Shown here in pieces: positions 1-10,905 of a DNA stretch of 64,000 nucleotides. Both the position numbers and the translations under genes were made by a program. Position 1 is the stretch's first letter, and the number at the start of each line of letters is the position of its first letter. The DNA is from Octopus bimaculoides (lineage: Eukaryota): positions 143,827,405 through 143,891,404 of the forward strand of contig NC_068982.1 in assembly GCF_001194135.2 (NCBI RefSeq). Direction: 5' to 3'. The notes beneath the pieces were generated by a model. It had not been told where the DNA came from. It made no database searches and saw only the letters and a list, made by a program, of their open reading frames with translations.

Positions 1-1967
1 TCACGGCTGGAATGCTTGTGATCACAGGTCTGCTCGATAATAGCCAACCTTGGGCTAAACAATAACAACGTTGCCATTAAAGACGTGATAAACTGAAGCA
101 TTAAACTGTATCAATCGTAAATTTAAGTCACGGTTTGCAGTAGATATTTATCTGAAGATACAAACAGAGTAGTTTGTGGAGAGATTTAATGTTTCAGCTA
201 TTAACCCAATAAAATGTTTTGCAGCATTACTGATTCATGTCACCAACATTCTCTGATTACAAAAACATGGATTATTAACGATTATTAGCATTTTCCTAAT
301 TAGATACGAAGGTTTTGGCAAAATAAAGTTAAGTATCGTGGGCAGGAACACAACCTAGTATAATGCTTGTTTGTTATTTAACCAGAAGTGTGCTGTTATA
401 TTATATTCACATCGCTAGCAATAAATAAATGTTATGAATAATACTACAGTATTCCTCAAATTTACAAGGAAGAAGAATAACTATTTGCATTTCATGCGTT
501 GCTCAAGAACATTAATAACTTAACTAAAAAGAAATATGTGTTACTGAGAATCTAAATTTACTCGTATGTATGTGTGAGGGGGGGGGGGAGGCGTGTGTGT
601 GTGTAACAACAAGATATGTGACACAAGCCCACAAATGTGGCAGGAAGGAATATTGGTGATTGAATTTCTGGTAACAATTCAGGCCCGTCGCCAAACATTT
701 TGTGCCTGGCGGTGCTTCAGAATATTCTGGTTGAGCACTAATTTGTATTGCGAGAAGATTTTTGTAAACTGTATTTTCTAAATTTGAGGGTTCACCATTG
801 CATAGTGAGGGGACATTGCCATCTAGTGCACCCCCTTAGTGATGGTCGTGTATCTATTTTATCGACCACAAAGTGAGGTAAGATGAATTCTGATTCGACG
901 GGGTTGTGAGCGCTCAGAATGTAAAGGGACGTAACTAAATATTGTAAGGTCCTGTCCCTCATTATTATTGCTGTTATTGTTATTGTTATTATTTCGTTCC
1001 CATTACTACTGGCCAGAAATTTGCACGGATTAGGTGTAGTTCATTGAGAGTTATTTGGTTTTTATTTTATAAACCCGAAGGACACGCAGCCGTTTCTGGC
1101 ATTTCTCTGCCGTCATTTATTTATTGATTGTTATTTATTAGTATCATGAGACACAAACTGTAGAGGAAGACAAAATTGACTGACTAATTCCAGACTTATT
1201 TCGTCGTCACAAGGAGAATGAAATCGCTGAGATTTGAACTCAGAACATAAAGAAACGTAACTTATAATGGTATTGTTTTAATTGACTGTACTTCTCCACC
1301 GAGGAAAATGTTCTAGTTTCTTCCAATAGACTGTATACCTTCCCATTCGAAAATTGGTTTTGTTCTTTCCAATAAACTATTTACTTCTGCAATAATTAGT
1401 CTTGTTGAGCCATAATTGGTCTAGTCAATGGTCGATGGTCTATGTGTTTGCAGCTTCGTTACTAATTGTATGTAGTGTAACAACATACACTGCATTCACA
1501 CACCACATTTACACACAAACACACACACACGCGCGCACGCACACACGCACAGCTATACACGTACACATTCACATACACAATAAAATATTTACATGCATAA
1601 TTAGTCATTGCTTGTCCTCAAATTGAATCAATTCTGGATGACCGATATATCACCGTATAACAAGAGCTTATATTTTCGCCAGATCTCAACTGTTCTATTT
1701 GTATGTAGCATATCTCTTAGTAATTGTTCCTTTGTACCAGCATAAATCTACTTTTGTTATACAGTTTTCGTTGTAGCTCGCAGGAATAACAAGTAATGTT
1801 TGTTTAGACATATATAATGTATGCATGTGTAGTTGTGTGATTAAGAAGCTAACTACGCAACCCAGTGGTATCTGTAATTCCATTGCAAAGTACCTTCAGC
1901 AAATGTGTTCTACCATGGTCTTTGTGCCTAATAACTCGTAGAATTTAGTTGGTGGTCATTGTGTAGA

Positions 1968-2013
<46 letters not shown>

Positions 2014-2386
2014 GTGGATGAAGGCATGCATGTAGTGGCATTTATGTTTACATTTACACTGGTCTAAAAAAAAACTGGTATTATGTTTGTGCAGTAACCT
2101 AGCGGTTCGACAGATGTAGATAAATAAAGGAATCAGAGCAAAGCGCAGCATCGTCCCAGCACATTCACTGTCCAATGAATGATAAAAATAATAAGTTAAA
2201 ATAATGTTAGGATGGACGGATGTCTATGCAGCAAATCTCTCGTGATAAAGGGAAGACGACATTTGTGACGCATGAAAGTGAAGTGAAAAAGCGCGAACAT
2301 GCCCATTCGCCAACCGTAGTAGCTGCTGAGCACTAACAGTAGATCAATTATGTAGTAATTATTACCGCAACGGATGCATTTTCATC

Positions 2387-2440
2387 ATGAGTTCAGAATA
2401 TTTTTTTACCAACATCTCAGATTCTGACATTTACCAACAG
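2387..2440 (+). CDS. Candidate first coding exon MSSEYFFTNISDSDIYQQ (unverified)
   Basis: CATCATGA start context, 18 open codons, CAG|GTACCA donor, CpG-enriched unique sequence upstream. No homology recognised. Confidence 0.2.
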
Positions 2441-3087
2441 GTACCACAGTTCTGAGCTGCAGTTATAGTTAGGCACTGAAACAGATGCAACGATTAACGA
2501 CCTTCTATAGTCATAGTTTTGTGAGTTAGAACTTTTATAACAAACTATATTAACTAATTTCTCTGCTTAGTTTTCATAAAAAGTACGTAGTAGAGTATAA
2601 AATAATATTTGTAGATGCTTGCATGATGCAAACTCGTCAGTATGAAAGTACACTTTATACAGAATCATTTGCATGGGATTATAGGCCATACAGACTCATT
2701 TGCATGAACGCACATACTATGCAGACTTATGTATATGCACGTAAGCATTATTCCAATTCATCTATATGAACCTATAGATGATAACATTTCTATAAAACTG
2801 CATTCTAATCTGTAATCAACATGCTTAGAAATTCCCGACAACGAAATTTGAATCTGTTTTACATGTAAACATTAACCTTTTGTCGATCAGGCTTGTCACA
2901 TGTAAATTAATTTAACGACAAGTAGAAAATATATTTTCTCATTCTATGATTATAAATAGAATAAACCATCTTTTCAATTATTCACCATAATCTGTTTGGC
3001 AGAATTTGTATTTTCTGCTGATATTTATGCTGCTATGTATATGCATGTGTGCGTGGTATATATATATATATATATATTTCTTTATTG

Positions 3088-3281
3088 CTCACGGGAAACT
3101 AAACATAGAGGGGACAAACAAGGACAGACAAAGGGATTAAGTCGTAATTGGTACTTATTTAATCGACTCCGAAAGGATGAAAGGCAAAGTCGACCTCGGT
3201 GGAATTTGAACTCGAACGTAACAGCAGACGAAATACCGCTAAGCATTTTGCCTGGCGTGCTAATGATTCTGGCAGCTTGCT
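3088..3281 (-). mobile_element. tRNA-derived SINE family A (GGCGGCGAGCTGGCAGAATCG...TTCTGAGTTCAAATTCC...)
   Basis: Shares head and body (GAGGTCGACTTTGCCTTTCATCCTTTCGG) with more than 15 other copies in the window. Confidence 0.85.
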
Positions 3282-3546
3282 GTTATTTATTTNNNNNNNN
3301 NNNNNNNNNNNNNNNNNNNNNNNNNNNNNNNNNNNNNNNNNNNNNNNNNNNNNNNNNNNNNNNNNNNNNNNNNNNNNNNNNNNNNNNNNNNNNNNNNNNN
3401 NNNNNNNNNNNNNNNNNNNNNNNNNNNNNNNNNNNNNNNNNNNNNNNNNNNNNNNNNNNNNNNNNNNNNNNNNNNNNNNNNNNNNNNNNNNNNNNNNNNN
3501 NNNNNNNNNNNNNNNNNNNNNNNNNNNNNNNNNNNNNNNNNNNNNN

Positions 3547-3856
3547 TCAGCCTTCCTCAGTAGCTGAGCTGTTGCAACGAGACGATCTTCTTTGTGAAGC
3601 TTCGCTGGATTGCTTCAAGGTTCGCTATTAATTTCACACTGTTGGTTGACCATAGCTGGGAGTGTAATCCAGGCGACTGAGGACGAATGTCCTCCAGAGG
3701 ACCATCATGGTTTCCTTCTCTCTGGTTCTGAACGTTCTCAGGATCCAGCCAGCCAATCGACTGCACTTTGTCGCCATCCTGGTAATGTGCACTTGGAAAG
3801 AGGTATCATCACTCATGTCGATACCCAGGTCCCTCACTGATTTAGACTCTGGGATT
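3547..3856 (-). mobile_element. CR1/L2-clade LINE reverse transcriptase C-terminal remnant (frameshifted)
   Basis: Minus-strand frames give SVRDLGIDMSDDTSFQVHITRMATKCSRLAGWILRTFRTREKETMMVLWRTFVLSRLDY then SQLWSTNSVKLIANLEAIQRSFTKKIVSLQQLSY. These match the 'RDLG...LDY.SQ.WSP...LE.IQR.FTK' motifs of the CR1/L2 thumb region. Runs into an N gap. Confidence 0.9.
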
Positions 3857-4585
3857 GTAATAACTAAGCAAGTTATTCGCTGCTCCATCACAAAAAAGTA
3901 AGCATTTATTAGGGAAGAATAATATAAAATTGCGTGAATCTGAGCAATCGAAAGCTGTGATAGACGTATGATATTCTTTGATCTGATTGAACTAGACAAA
4001 TGTTGCCTTGTATGCAATATGTTAAAATTGCTTTTCTTTGTGGCGGGCGATGAAAATATATATTCGTTTCCTATGAATAGACCTCTAGCTAATATTTTCT
4101 TTGTATAGGAGCACAATCTATTATAACTACTCCAAAAGAAATAGCAGCTAAATTTATCTTAAACAATACCCTACTGTCTTAAAAAAAAGAACTTATTTGA
4201 TACTGAAATTCTTAATATTAGAAAATATGGAATGGAACGCTTGTGATCGTAAAATTTGCTCGGCCAAGGCTACCATGTGACAAACATAAACAAAACAGCA
4301 ACTAGTACTTACCAAGCCAAAAAGAGAGTCTCTACATTGGCAAGATGTAACAATCACGTCTTCCTTAAATATCACAAGGTACTTCATTTTACTTTGCTCC
4401 AAACTACTCAGCTGTGATGAGTACCAACCAAGGTGTTGGTGCCGCCCTCACTCCCTCCAGCTGTCACTTCCTGGCTATTCTACTGGATCAAGAATGGGCC
4501 CAAGTGGGTATCTATGTGTGCTCGCGACTTCATAAGCATCTAAAACAATTAGCAAAAACATAGTACATAGTACTAATATATATAA

Positions 4586-4626
<41 letters not shown>

Positions 4627-5305
4627 NNNNNNNNNNNNNNNNNNNNNNNNNNNNNNNNNNNNNNNNNNNNNNNNNNNNNNNNNNNNNNNNNNNNNNNNNN
4701 NNNNNNNNNNNNNNNNNNNNNNNNNNNNNNNNNNNNNNNNNNNNNNNNNNNNNNNNNNNNNNNNNNNNNNNNNNNNNNNNNNNNNNNNNNNNNNNNNNNN
4801 NNNNNNNNNNNNNNNNNNNNNNNNNNNNNNNNNNNNNNNNNNNNNNNNNNNNNNNNNNNNNNNNNNNNNNNNNNNNNNNNNNNNNNNNNNNNNNNNNNNN
4901 NNNNNNNNNNNNNNNNNNNNNNNNNNNNNNNNNNNNNNNNNNNNNNNNNNNNNNNNNNNNNNNNNNNNNNNNNNNNNNNNNNNNNNNNNNNNNNNNNNNN
5001 NNNNNNNNNNNNNNNNNNNNNNNNNNNNNNNNNNNNNNNNNNNNNNNNNNNNNNNNNNNNNNNNNNNNNNNNNNNNNNNNNNNNNNNNNNNNNNNNNNNN
5101 NNNNNNNNNNNNNNNNNNNNNNNNNNNNNNNNNNNNNNNNNNNNNNNNNNNNNNNNNNNNNNNNNNNNNNNNNNNNNNNNNNNNNNNNNNNNNNNNNNNN
5201 NNNNNNNNNNNNNNNNNNNNNNNNNNNNNNNNNNNNNNNNNNNNNNNNNNNNNNNNNNNNNNNNNNNNNNNNNNNNNNNNNNNNNNNNNNNNNNNNNNNN
5301 NNNNN

Positions 5306-5338
<33 letters not shown>

Positions 5339-5489
5339 CACAATAAAAATTTGAAAAACACAATTACCTTAATCAAAAAAAAAAATTCATAAGATTATAA
5401 AACTTGTTTATGACGATAATTTACATTCCAATGATAATATGAGACAAACTGAAATAAAACAAAAACTAAATAGTATTCTATAGTGACAT

Positions 5490-5493
5490 TTAG

Positions 5494-5555
<62 letters not shown>

Positions 5556-5947
5556 AAATCTGTAAAATGGCGTTCTTTCACAAAAGGCAGATGCTTGTTT
5601 TGTGTGTTTATGAACAGCTTTGATAATGTTGAATAATCTGGTCGTTTAGTACGGTTGATGTTGAGAACGGTTTCAAAATAATGCTCACACGCACGCACAC
5701 ATATATGTATTCATTTATAACTGCATACTCACAGTCGGTGAATATGCACTGAAACAAGGGTGGATGCACGTGAGAACTATACACACACACACACGCACGC
5801 ACACACGCACACACACACACGCAAACACACACACACGCAAACACACATACACGCACACACATGCACACACACACACACACACAAACACACATACACGCAC
5901 ACGCACATACATATGTACATGCCCACAAACATATCTATCTATCTATC

Positions 5948-6001
<54 letters not shown>

Positions 6002-6015
6002 TGTGTGTTTGTGTG
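5490..6015. repeat. Compound (GT)/(GA)/(CA)/(TATC) microsatellite region
   Basis: GT-GA at ~5495-5552, degenerate CA/CACG at ~5780-5910, GT at ~5950-6015. Confidence 0.95.
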
Positions 6016-6149
6016 ATGGACTCTCTCGTTAAGATTGACTTATGAACATGTAGTTGTTCGATCAACTGAGTGGCCTCATTTAATTAGCTTGCAAAGTGGC
6101 TGAGTATTCCAAAAACGTGTGTATCTTTAATGTAATTCTCAACTGGAAT

Positions 6150-6366
6150 AAATAACAGTTCCACAGTGTGACAAAGTTAGGCCTTTGAATAACGGTACAG
6201 CTTATCTCTTGAGTTTCCACACAATTTTCTATAGCCAATTCACTAACATGGCTTAGCTCTACCCGAGGCTTTGGTAAAAGACAATTACCCAAGACGTCAT
6301 GCAATGAGATCAAACCCAGGACTTGTGGCAGTGAAACCAAATAAACATGGAACTCTCATCAGCCAC
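6150..6366 (-). mobile_element. SINE family B, diverged
   Basis: CCCGAGGCTTTGGTAAAAGACAATTACCCAAGA...CAAACCCAGGACTTGTGG motif order. Confidence 0.65.
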
Positions 6367-7199
6367 GAAAACCCCAATCCGCGTATTTTCGCCACGTTTA
6401 AAGTCTAAAGACTTTAAGTTCAGTAATACCACTCTTCTGATTGTGTCAGTAATATGTTTTATATCACACGAATAAAACAAGATTACAACGAACTTGGTAG
6501 AATATGAGATAAGCGAAAACGTGGCTTAAAAAACGCAGAAATCTGAAACAAAATAGCTTTAGAAGAATGTATAGAATTTAAATAAATACGTCAAAGAAAG
6601 GAATAGAGGACAAACGTTTTGTGTTATAACTTTATCAAAGAGAAGAAAAAAAAGGAAAAGTGAAGTAAGAAAAAACGAAAAAGAAAAAACACCGCATTTA
6701 CGACGTCTGTTTACATGGCAGGTTTAGTGTTAAAAAGAAGCATGTTGTATACTGATTTACATACGTATATGTACACTTAGATTTTAAAATAATTTCAAGA
6801 TTTACATTTAGAAATGCTCTTACCTCTTTTTAATGATTAAATTTATAAACTCTTATAACTTTATTTCATTATGTCAATGATTTCGAGTATCTTCGCTTTC
6901 ATCCCAGAATTAATTTTGCTGAAAGCGTAAAACACGAACTTGGCACAATATGTAAGCGTTATATAAGAAGATAAGTACCGGGGAAGGATAACAAGACTCC
7001 AGATGAAATTCAATGAGAGTCAGCTACTTACTTTGGCACGAAGGTTTTTGAGACTAGTAACTGGCGTTAACTTCCAGAAATTCTTAACCTGATAGCAGCA
7101 TTTCGTCCGTCTTTACCTTCTAAGTTCAAATTTCACCAGGGTCGACTACGCCTTTCTTCTATTGGTGGTTTTACTCGAAGGAGATATTTGCGAAGCGTT

Positions 7200-7360
7200 G
7201 TATTACTCTTGAATACTGTCCTGATATTATATGGGCCGCATATCTTTTGTACCTTAGGAATGAGAACCCAGGCTGGATGGGTATATCAGCCGAAACGTTG
7301 TGTTAACAACAAACAAGATGAGGACAAATATCCGTCAAACGTAAATAATGTAAATAATGC
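7200..7360 (+). mobile_element. Penelope-type 3' end remnant with broken hammerhead-like motif
   Basis: Helix II GGCTG/CAGCC followed by GAAACGTT and a (GTAAATAAT)2 tail; CUGANGA core missing. Confidence 0.5.
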
Positions 7361-7371
7361 CAATTCTTAAA

Positions 7372-7831
7372 GCTTTACAGGTTAACTCCTAACCCAAACA
7401 CCTGTTCAGGTAAGTCGCCCGCAGAGCTAATGTTTGCTCAGAAGGTAAAATCAATTTTTGATTAATTGTTACCTACAAAAAAAAAAACGTATTGGGAAAA
7501 CCCAAGAAACACAACAAAATATTTTAATGTGGAAGATAAAGTCCATTTCAAAATAGATAAGAATGGAAGACAAGGTTGGGAGGACGGTATACTGACGGAA
7601 AGAATAGGCAGTATGATATACATAATAAAAGGTCAAATAGCAGAGCACAAACGACATTTGAATCAGTTGAAGACTAGACATACCGAAGAAAGAGAAGAAA
7701 TACCGATAGAAGTTTGTTATGACTTGTTCGATATTCAGACGCCAAAAGAGGCTGAACCTAGGCAGATCAACAATAGAAAACGTAAACAAACAGGACGACT
7801 AGAAATAGTCCCTAAACTAAAGAAATATTAA
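7372..7831 (+). mobile_element. Ty3/Gypsy LTR retrotransposon integrase C-terminal remnant
   Basis: Frame reads YRLTPNPNTCSGKSPAELMFAQKVKSIFD*LLP...WEDGILTERIGSMIYIIKGQIAEHKRHLNQLKTR. This is the typical Gypsy post-catalytic integrase and GPY/F-like region ('SPAELMF', 'RH.NQLK'), with one in-frame stop. Confidence 0.88.
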
Positions 7832-7935
7832 AACTTTTGAGGAAATTAAAATTTCAAAAAAGAGAGAGGTGATAATGATAAAAAATAGAATTAAATTAGA
7901 TAAACAAGTTGCACTTCCTACAGAAATCAAATCTC

Positions 7936-8140
7936 AAAAGGGGAAATGTTATGACGAGAATCATGACAGCCCCTGTGAGAGTGGACTGGCCGAACTCGTA
8001 TAAGTAGCAGCGTGTTTGACTGAGAGCGAAATCGCAGCAAATTGAAAGGTGTCGTTCGTGAGTTCGTGGAGTCGCAGGAAATTGTTGAGAAGTTGTTATA
8101 GTTCGTTGAGAGTTGTTTTGGATTGGTTACAGTTGTTGGC
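7936..8140 (+). mobile_element. Probable polypurine tract plus start of 3' LTR of the Gypsy element
   Basis: AAAAGGGGAAA immediately followed by TGTTATG (TG at 7947), downstream of the integrase stop. No second LTR in the window to confirm. Confidence 0.55.
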
Positions 8141-8142
8141 GT

Positions 8143-8247
8143 GGAGGCGCAATGGCCTAGTGGTTAGGGCAGCGGACTCGCGGTCGTAGGATCACGTTTT
8201 CGATTCCCAGACCGGACGTTGTGAGTGTTTATTGAGCGAAAACACTA
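8143..8247 (+). mobile_element. tRNA-derived SINE head
   Basis: A-box TGGCCTAGTGG and B-box-like TTTTCGATTCC in a tRNA-like 70-nt head, followed by non-tRNA body sequence; truncated by an N gap. Confidence 0.8.
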
Positions 8248-9222
8248 TANNNNNNNNNNNNNNNNNNNNNNNNNNNNNNNNNNNNNNNNNNNNNNNNNNN
8301 NNNNNNNNNNNNNNNNNNNNNNNNNNNNNNNNNNNNNNNNNNNNNNNNNNNNNNNNNNNNNNNNNNNNNNNNNNNNNNNNNNNNNNNNNNNNNNNNNNNN
8401 NNNNNNNNNNNNNNNNNNNNNNNNNNNNNNNNNNNNNNNNNNNNNNNNNNNNNNNNNNNNNNNNNNNNNNNNNNNNNNNNNNNNNNNNNNNNNNNNNNNN
8501 NNNNNNNNNNNNNNNNNNNNNNNNNNNNNNNNNNNNNNNNNNNNNNNNNNNNNNNNNNNNNNNNNNNNNNNNNNNNNNNNNNNNNNNNNNNNNNNNNNNN
8601 NNNNNNNNNNNNNNNNNNNNNNNNNNNNNNNNNNNNNNNNNNNNNNNNNNNNNNNNNNNNNNNNNNNNNNNNNNNNNNNNNNNNNNNNNNNNNNNNNNNN
8701 NNNNNNNNNNNNNNNNNNNNNNNNNNNNNNNNNNNNNNNNNNNNNNNNNNNNNNNNNNNNNNNNNNNNNNNNNNNNNNNNNNNNNNNNNNNNNNNNNNNN
8801 NNNNNNNNNNNNNNNNNNNNNNNNNNNNNNNNNNNNNNNNNNNNNNNNNNNNNNNNNNNNNNNNNNNNNNNNNNNNNNNNNNNNNNNNNNNNNNNNNNNN
8901 NNNNNNNNNNNNNNNNNNNNNNNNNNNNNNNNNNNNNNNNNNNNNNNNNNNNNNNNNNNNNNNNNNNNNNNNNNNNNNNNNNNNNNNNNNNNNNNNNNNN
9001 NNNNNNNNNNNNNNNNNNNNNNNNNNNNNNNNNNNNNNNNNNNNNNNNNNNNNNNNNNNNNNNNNNNNNNNNNNNNNNNNNNNNNNNNNNNNNNNNNNNN
9101 NNNNNNNNNNNNNNNNNNNNNNNNNNNNNNNNNNNNNNNNNNNNTATAAAATCCTAGGATGGAATTTATAACCGTTTGATGCATCGCTACGCGTATTAAA
9201 TGTTCGTAAATTCCATCCTAGG

Positions 9223-9223
<1 letters not shown>

Positions 9224-9260
<37 letters not shown>
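9224..9260. repeat. (ATT)n microsatellite
   Basis: Read directly. Confidence 0.95.
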
Positions 9261-9262
<2 letters not shown>

Positions 9263-9465
9263 TTATCCTACATTATATCGGTATAACTTGATGCAACCCC
9301 TAATAAATGGCTCATTAGTCAGCATAATTAGACGGTGGCTGGCATAATGGAATAGAAGCTTTATTTGCAAATTCAAAACGTTACCATAAAGACTGCCTCT
9401 TTTTTCTCAATAGACAATATCTGTAAACGCGTAGAGCAAGAAGTTTACTTCTCCGTTGCATAGGT

Positions 9466-9790
9466 CCTTGGACAGGTGTCTCCTACTATATCCCCGGTTC
9501 GGCCAGGGCTCTGTGAGTGGATTTGGTAGACAATAACTGTAAACGTGTGAACATATATAGATGTAATCTGTATGTCCTTGTGTTTATCCCCCATCACTTC
9601 ATGACAACCGGGGCTCGTTTATTTACCCCTCCGAAATTTAATGGTTCTGCAAAAGAGATGATAGAATACATACCAGACTTTAAAAAAGAAATAAATGGAT
9701 TGCAGTGGATTCGTTGGGCCAAAAAGCCTACAAGCTTGTGCCCCAGCATGACCACAGTTCAATGACTGAAACAAGTAAAAGATAAAAGAG
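9466..9790 (+). mobile_element. SINE family B
   Basis: CCTTGGACAGGTGTCTCCTACTATAT...GTGAGTGGATTTGGTAGAC...CCCCAGCATGACCACAGTTCAATGACTGAAACAAGTAAAAGATAAAAGA. Confidence 0.85.
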
Positions 9791-10329
9791 CTTCGCGTGA
9801 GAGAATTAAAGCCTGATTCTTCGTGAGAACAAACAAAATTTCAAGTCAAATTAAAGAATTCAACACTTGTAGAATAGATAAAATTATTTTCTAAATATCG
9901 AGTGCGATTAATGTACAATTTTTTTCTTTTCTTCTCCAGTTTGTCAAGCATTAACAGAAAGTAATTGATAACGTAATTGATAATTCTAATTCGTAAATAC
10001 ACCGAGTACTACGAAGAAGAAAGGGAAGCAATAAAAGCAACGAAGCAAGAAGAGTTAAAAAAGTTTGTAGAGAACGGTTATATGCTATTTTAGGTGGGAA
10101 CTCACAAAAACTTAATTAAACGAAGTGTCGAAATTTTAAAAATATAAGAAGTATAATATATATAGATAAACATGCACTGTATAAAATATACAGAATTGTG
10201 AAATTTGAATGTTTGCACATATTATTAACATCGTACTTATAAACTTTCATGTGGAATGATGATGAAAATAATGGGAACATTTGGATAAGTTCCAATGGTT
10301 AGTAGAAAAAAAGATGCATTATGATGGAC

Positions 10330-10905
10330 GGATCTTTTTTAAAACGGGGGCCACATTTTTCATTAACGAAACACTTTGAAACTTGGAACACTGGTAGAAT
10401 GTGTCATATAAAACATCTTTTTCTCTTAGTCTTCTTTAAAAAAAAAAGAAATCCATAAGTTATTCCATGTTAAAGTTGTCGTATTTCTGTAATTTCAACC
10501 AATCACTGACGTCCATTCAGCCGATATACATTAAGTGCCGACTACATAAACAAACGATTCTGAAACAATTAACCCTAACCCTAACCCTAAGGTTAGGGTT
10601 AGGGTTAGGGTTAAAGCAAATTTAAAATGAAAAAAGCAAATAAAACGAAGTTATGGAGATTAAATACGCTTTACATCGCTTAATCAGCCAAAGGAGTAAA
10701 TGTAAACAACTGAATACTTGTCAGTGATTGGTTGAAATTATCGAAATAAGACAATTTTTTTACATGAAATAAATTCGAATACAAAAATATTTTCCTGTTC
10801 TATAACACAAAATAGATAAGTATACGAAGTTTGAAAGTCTTTCCGTACCAAAAACACTACGTAAAACATTAATGAAAAATGTGGCCCCCGTTTTAAAATA
10901 GATCC
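10330..10905 (+). mobile_element. Non-autonomous TIR DNA transposon (MITE), Merlin-like, copy 1, with internal telomeric-repeat palindrome
   Basis: 37-bp TIRs GGATCTTTTTTAAAACGGGGGCCACATTTTTCATTAA (10330-10366 / 10869-10905, 1 mismatch). Exact 8-bp TSD TGATGGAC at 10322-10329 and 10906-10913. GG termini plus 8-bp TSD fit Merlin; hAT or P are not excluded. Confidence 0.92.
10569..10614. repeat. Interstitial head-to-head telomeric repeat (CCCTAA)n-(TTAGGG)n inside MITE copy 1
   Basis: TTAACCCTAACCCTAACCCTAA-GG-TTAGGGTTAGGGTTAGGGTTAA: perfect 22-bp arms with a 2-nt loop. Confidence 0.95.

Noticed and set aside
4193-4402. ORF containing 'KEDVIVTSCQCR', reminiscent of a TGF-beta C-terminus
   Set aside because: No upstream cystine-knot cysteines, no stop after CxCR and no convincing acceptor.
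4475-5392. Long ORFs of 250-370 aa in the track (also 8192-9184, 19405-20358, 42715-43862, 11604-12020, 38086-38493, 58109-58437)
   Set aside because: They are open only because they cross N gaps (X runs) and microsatellites.
5608-6045. ORFs with HT/CV/SL/RE repeats (also 13052-13390, 14019-14277, 18066-18322, 37300-37618, 45157-45403, 50515-50957)
   Set aside because: These are translations of di- and trinucleotide microsatellites.
7381-7409. Apparent 29-nt exon with a perfect CAG|GTAAGT donor
   Set aside because: It lies in-frame within the Gypsy integrase remnant (YRLTPNPNTCSGKSPAELMF), so the splice-like signals are incidental.
8143-8213. Possible tRNA gene
   Set aside because: A and B boxes are present, but the arms do not close into a cloverleaf and the sequence continues into a SINE body.
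10569-10614. Ancestral chromosome end-to-end fusion site
   Set aside because: The head-to-head array sits inside a TSD-flanked transposon that is present twice in the window, so it is mobile cargo and not a fusion scar.
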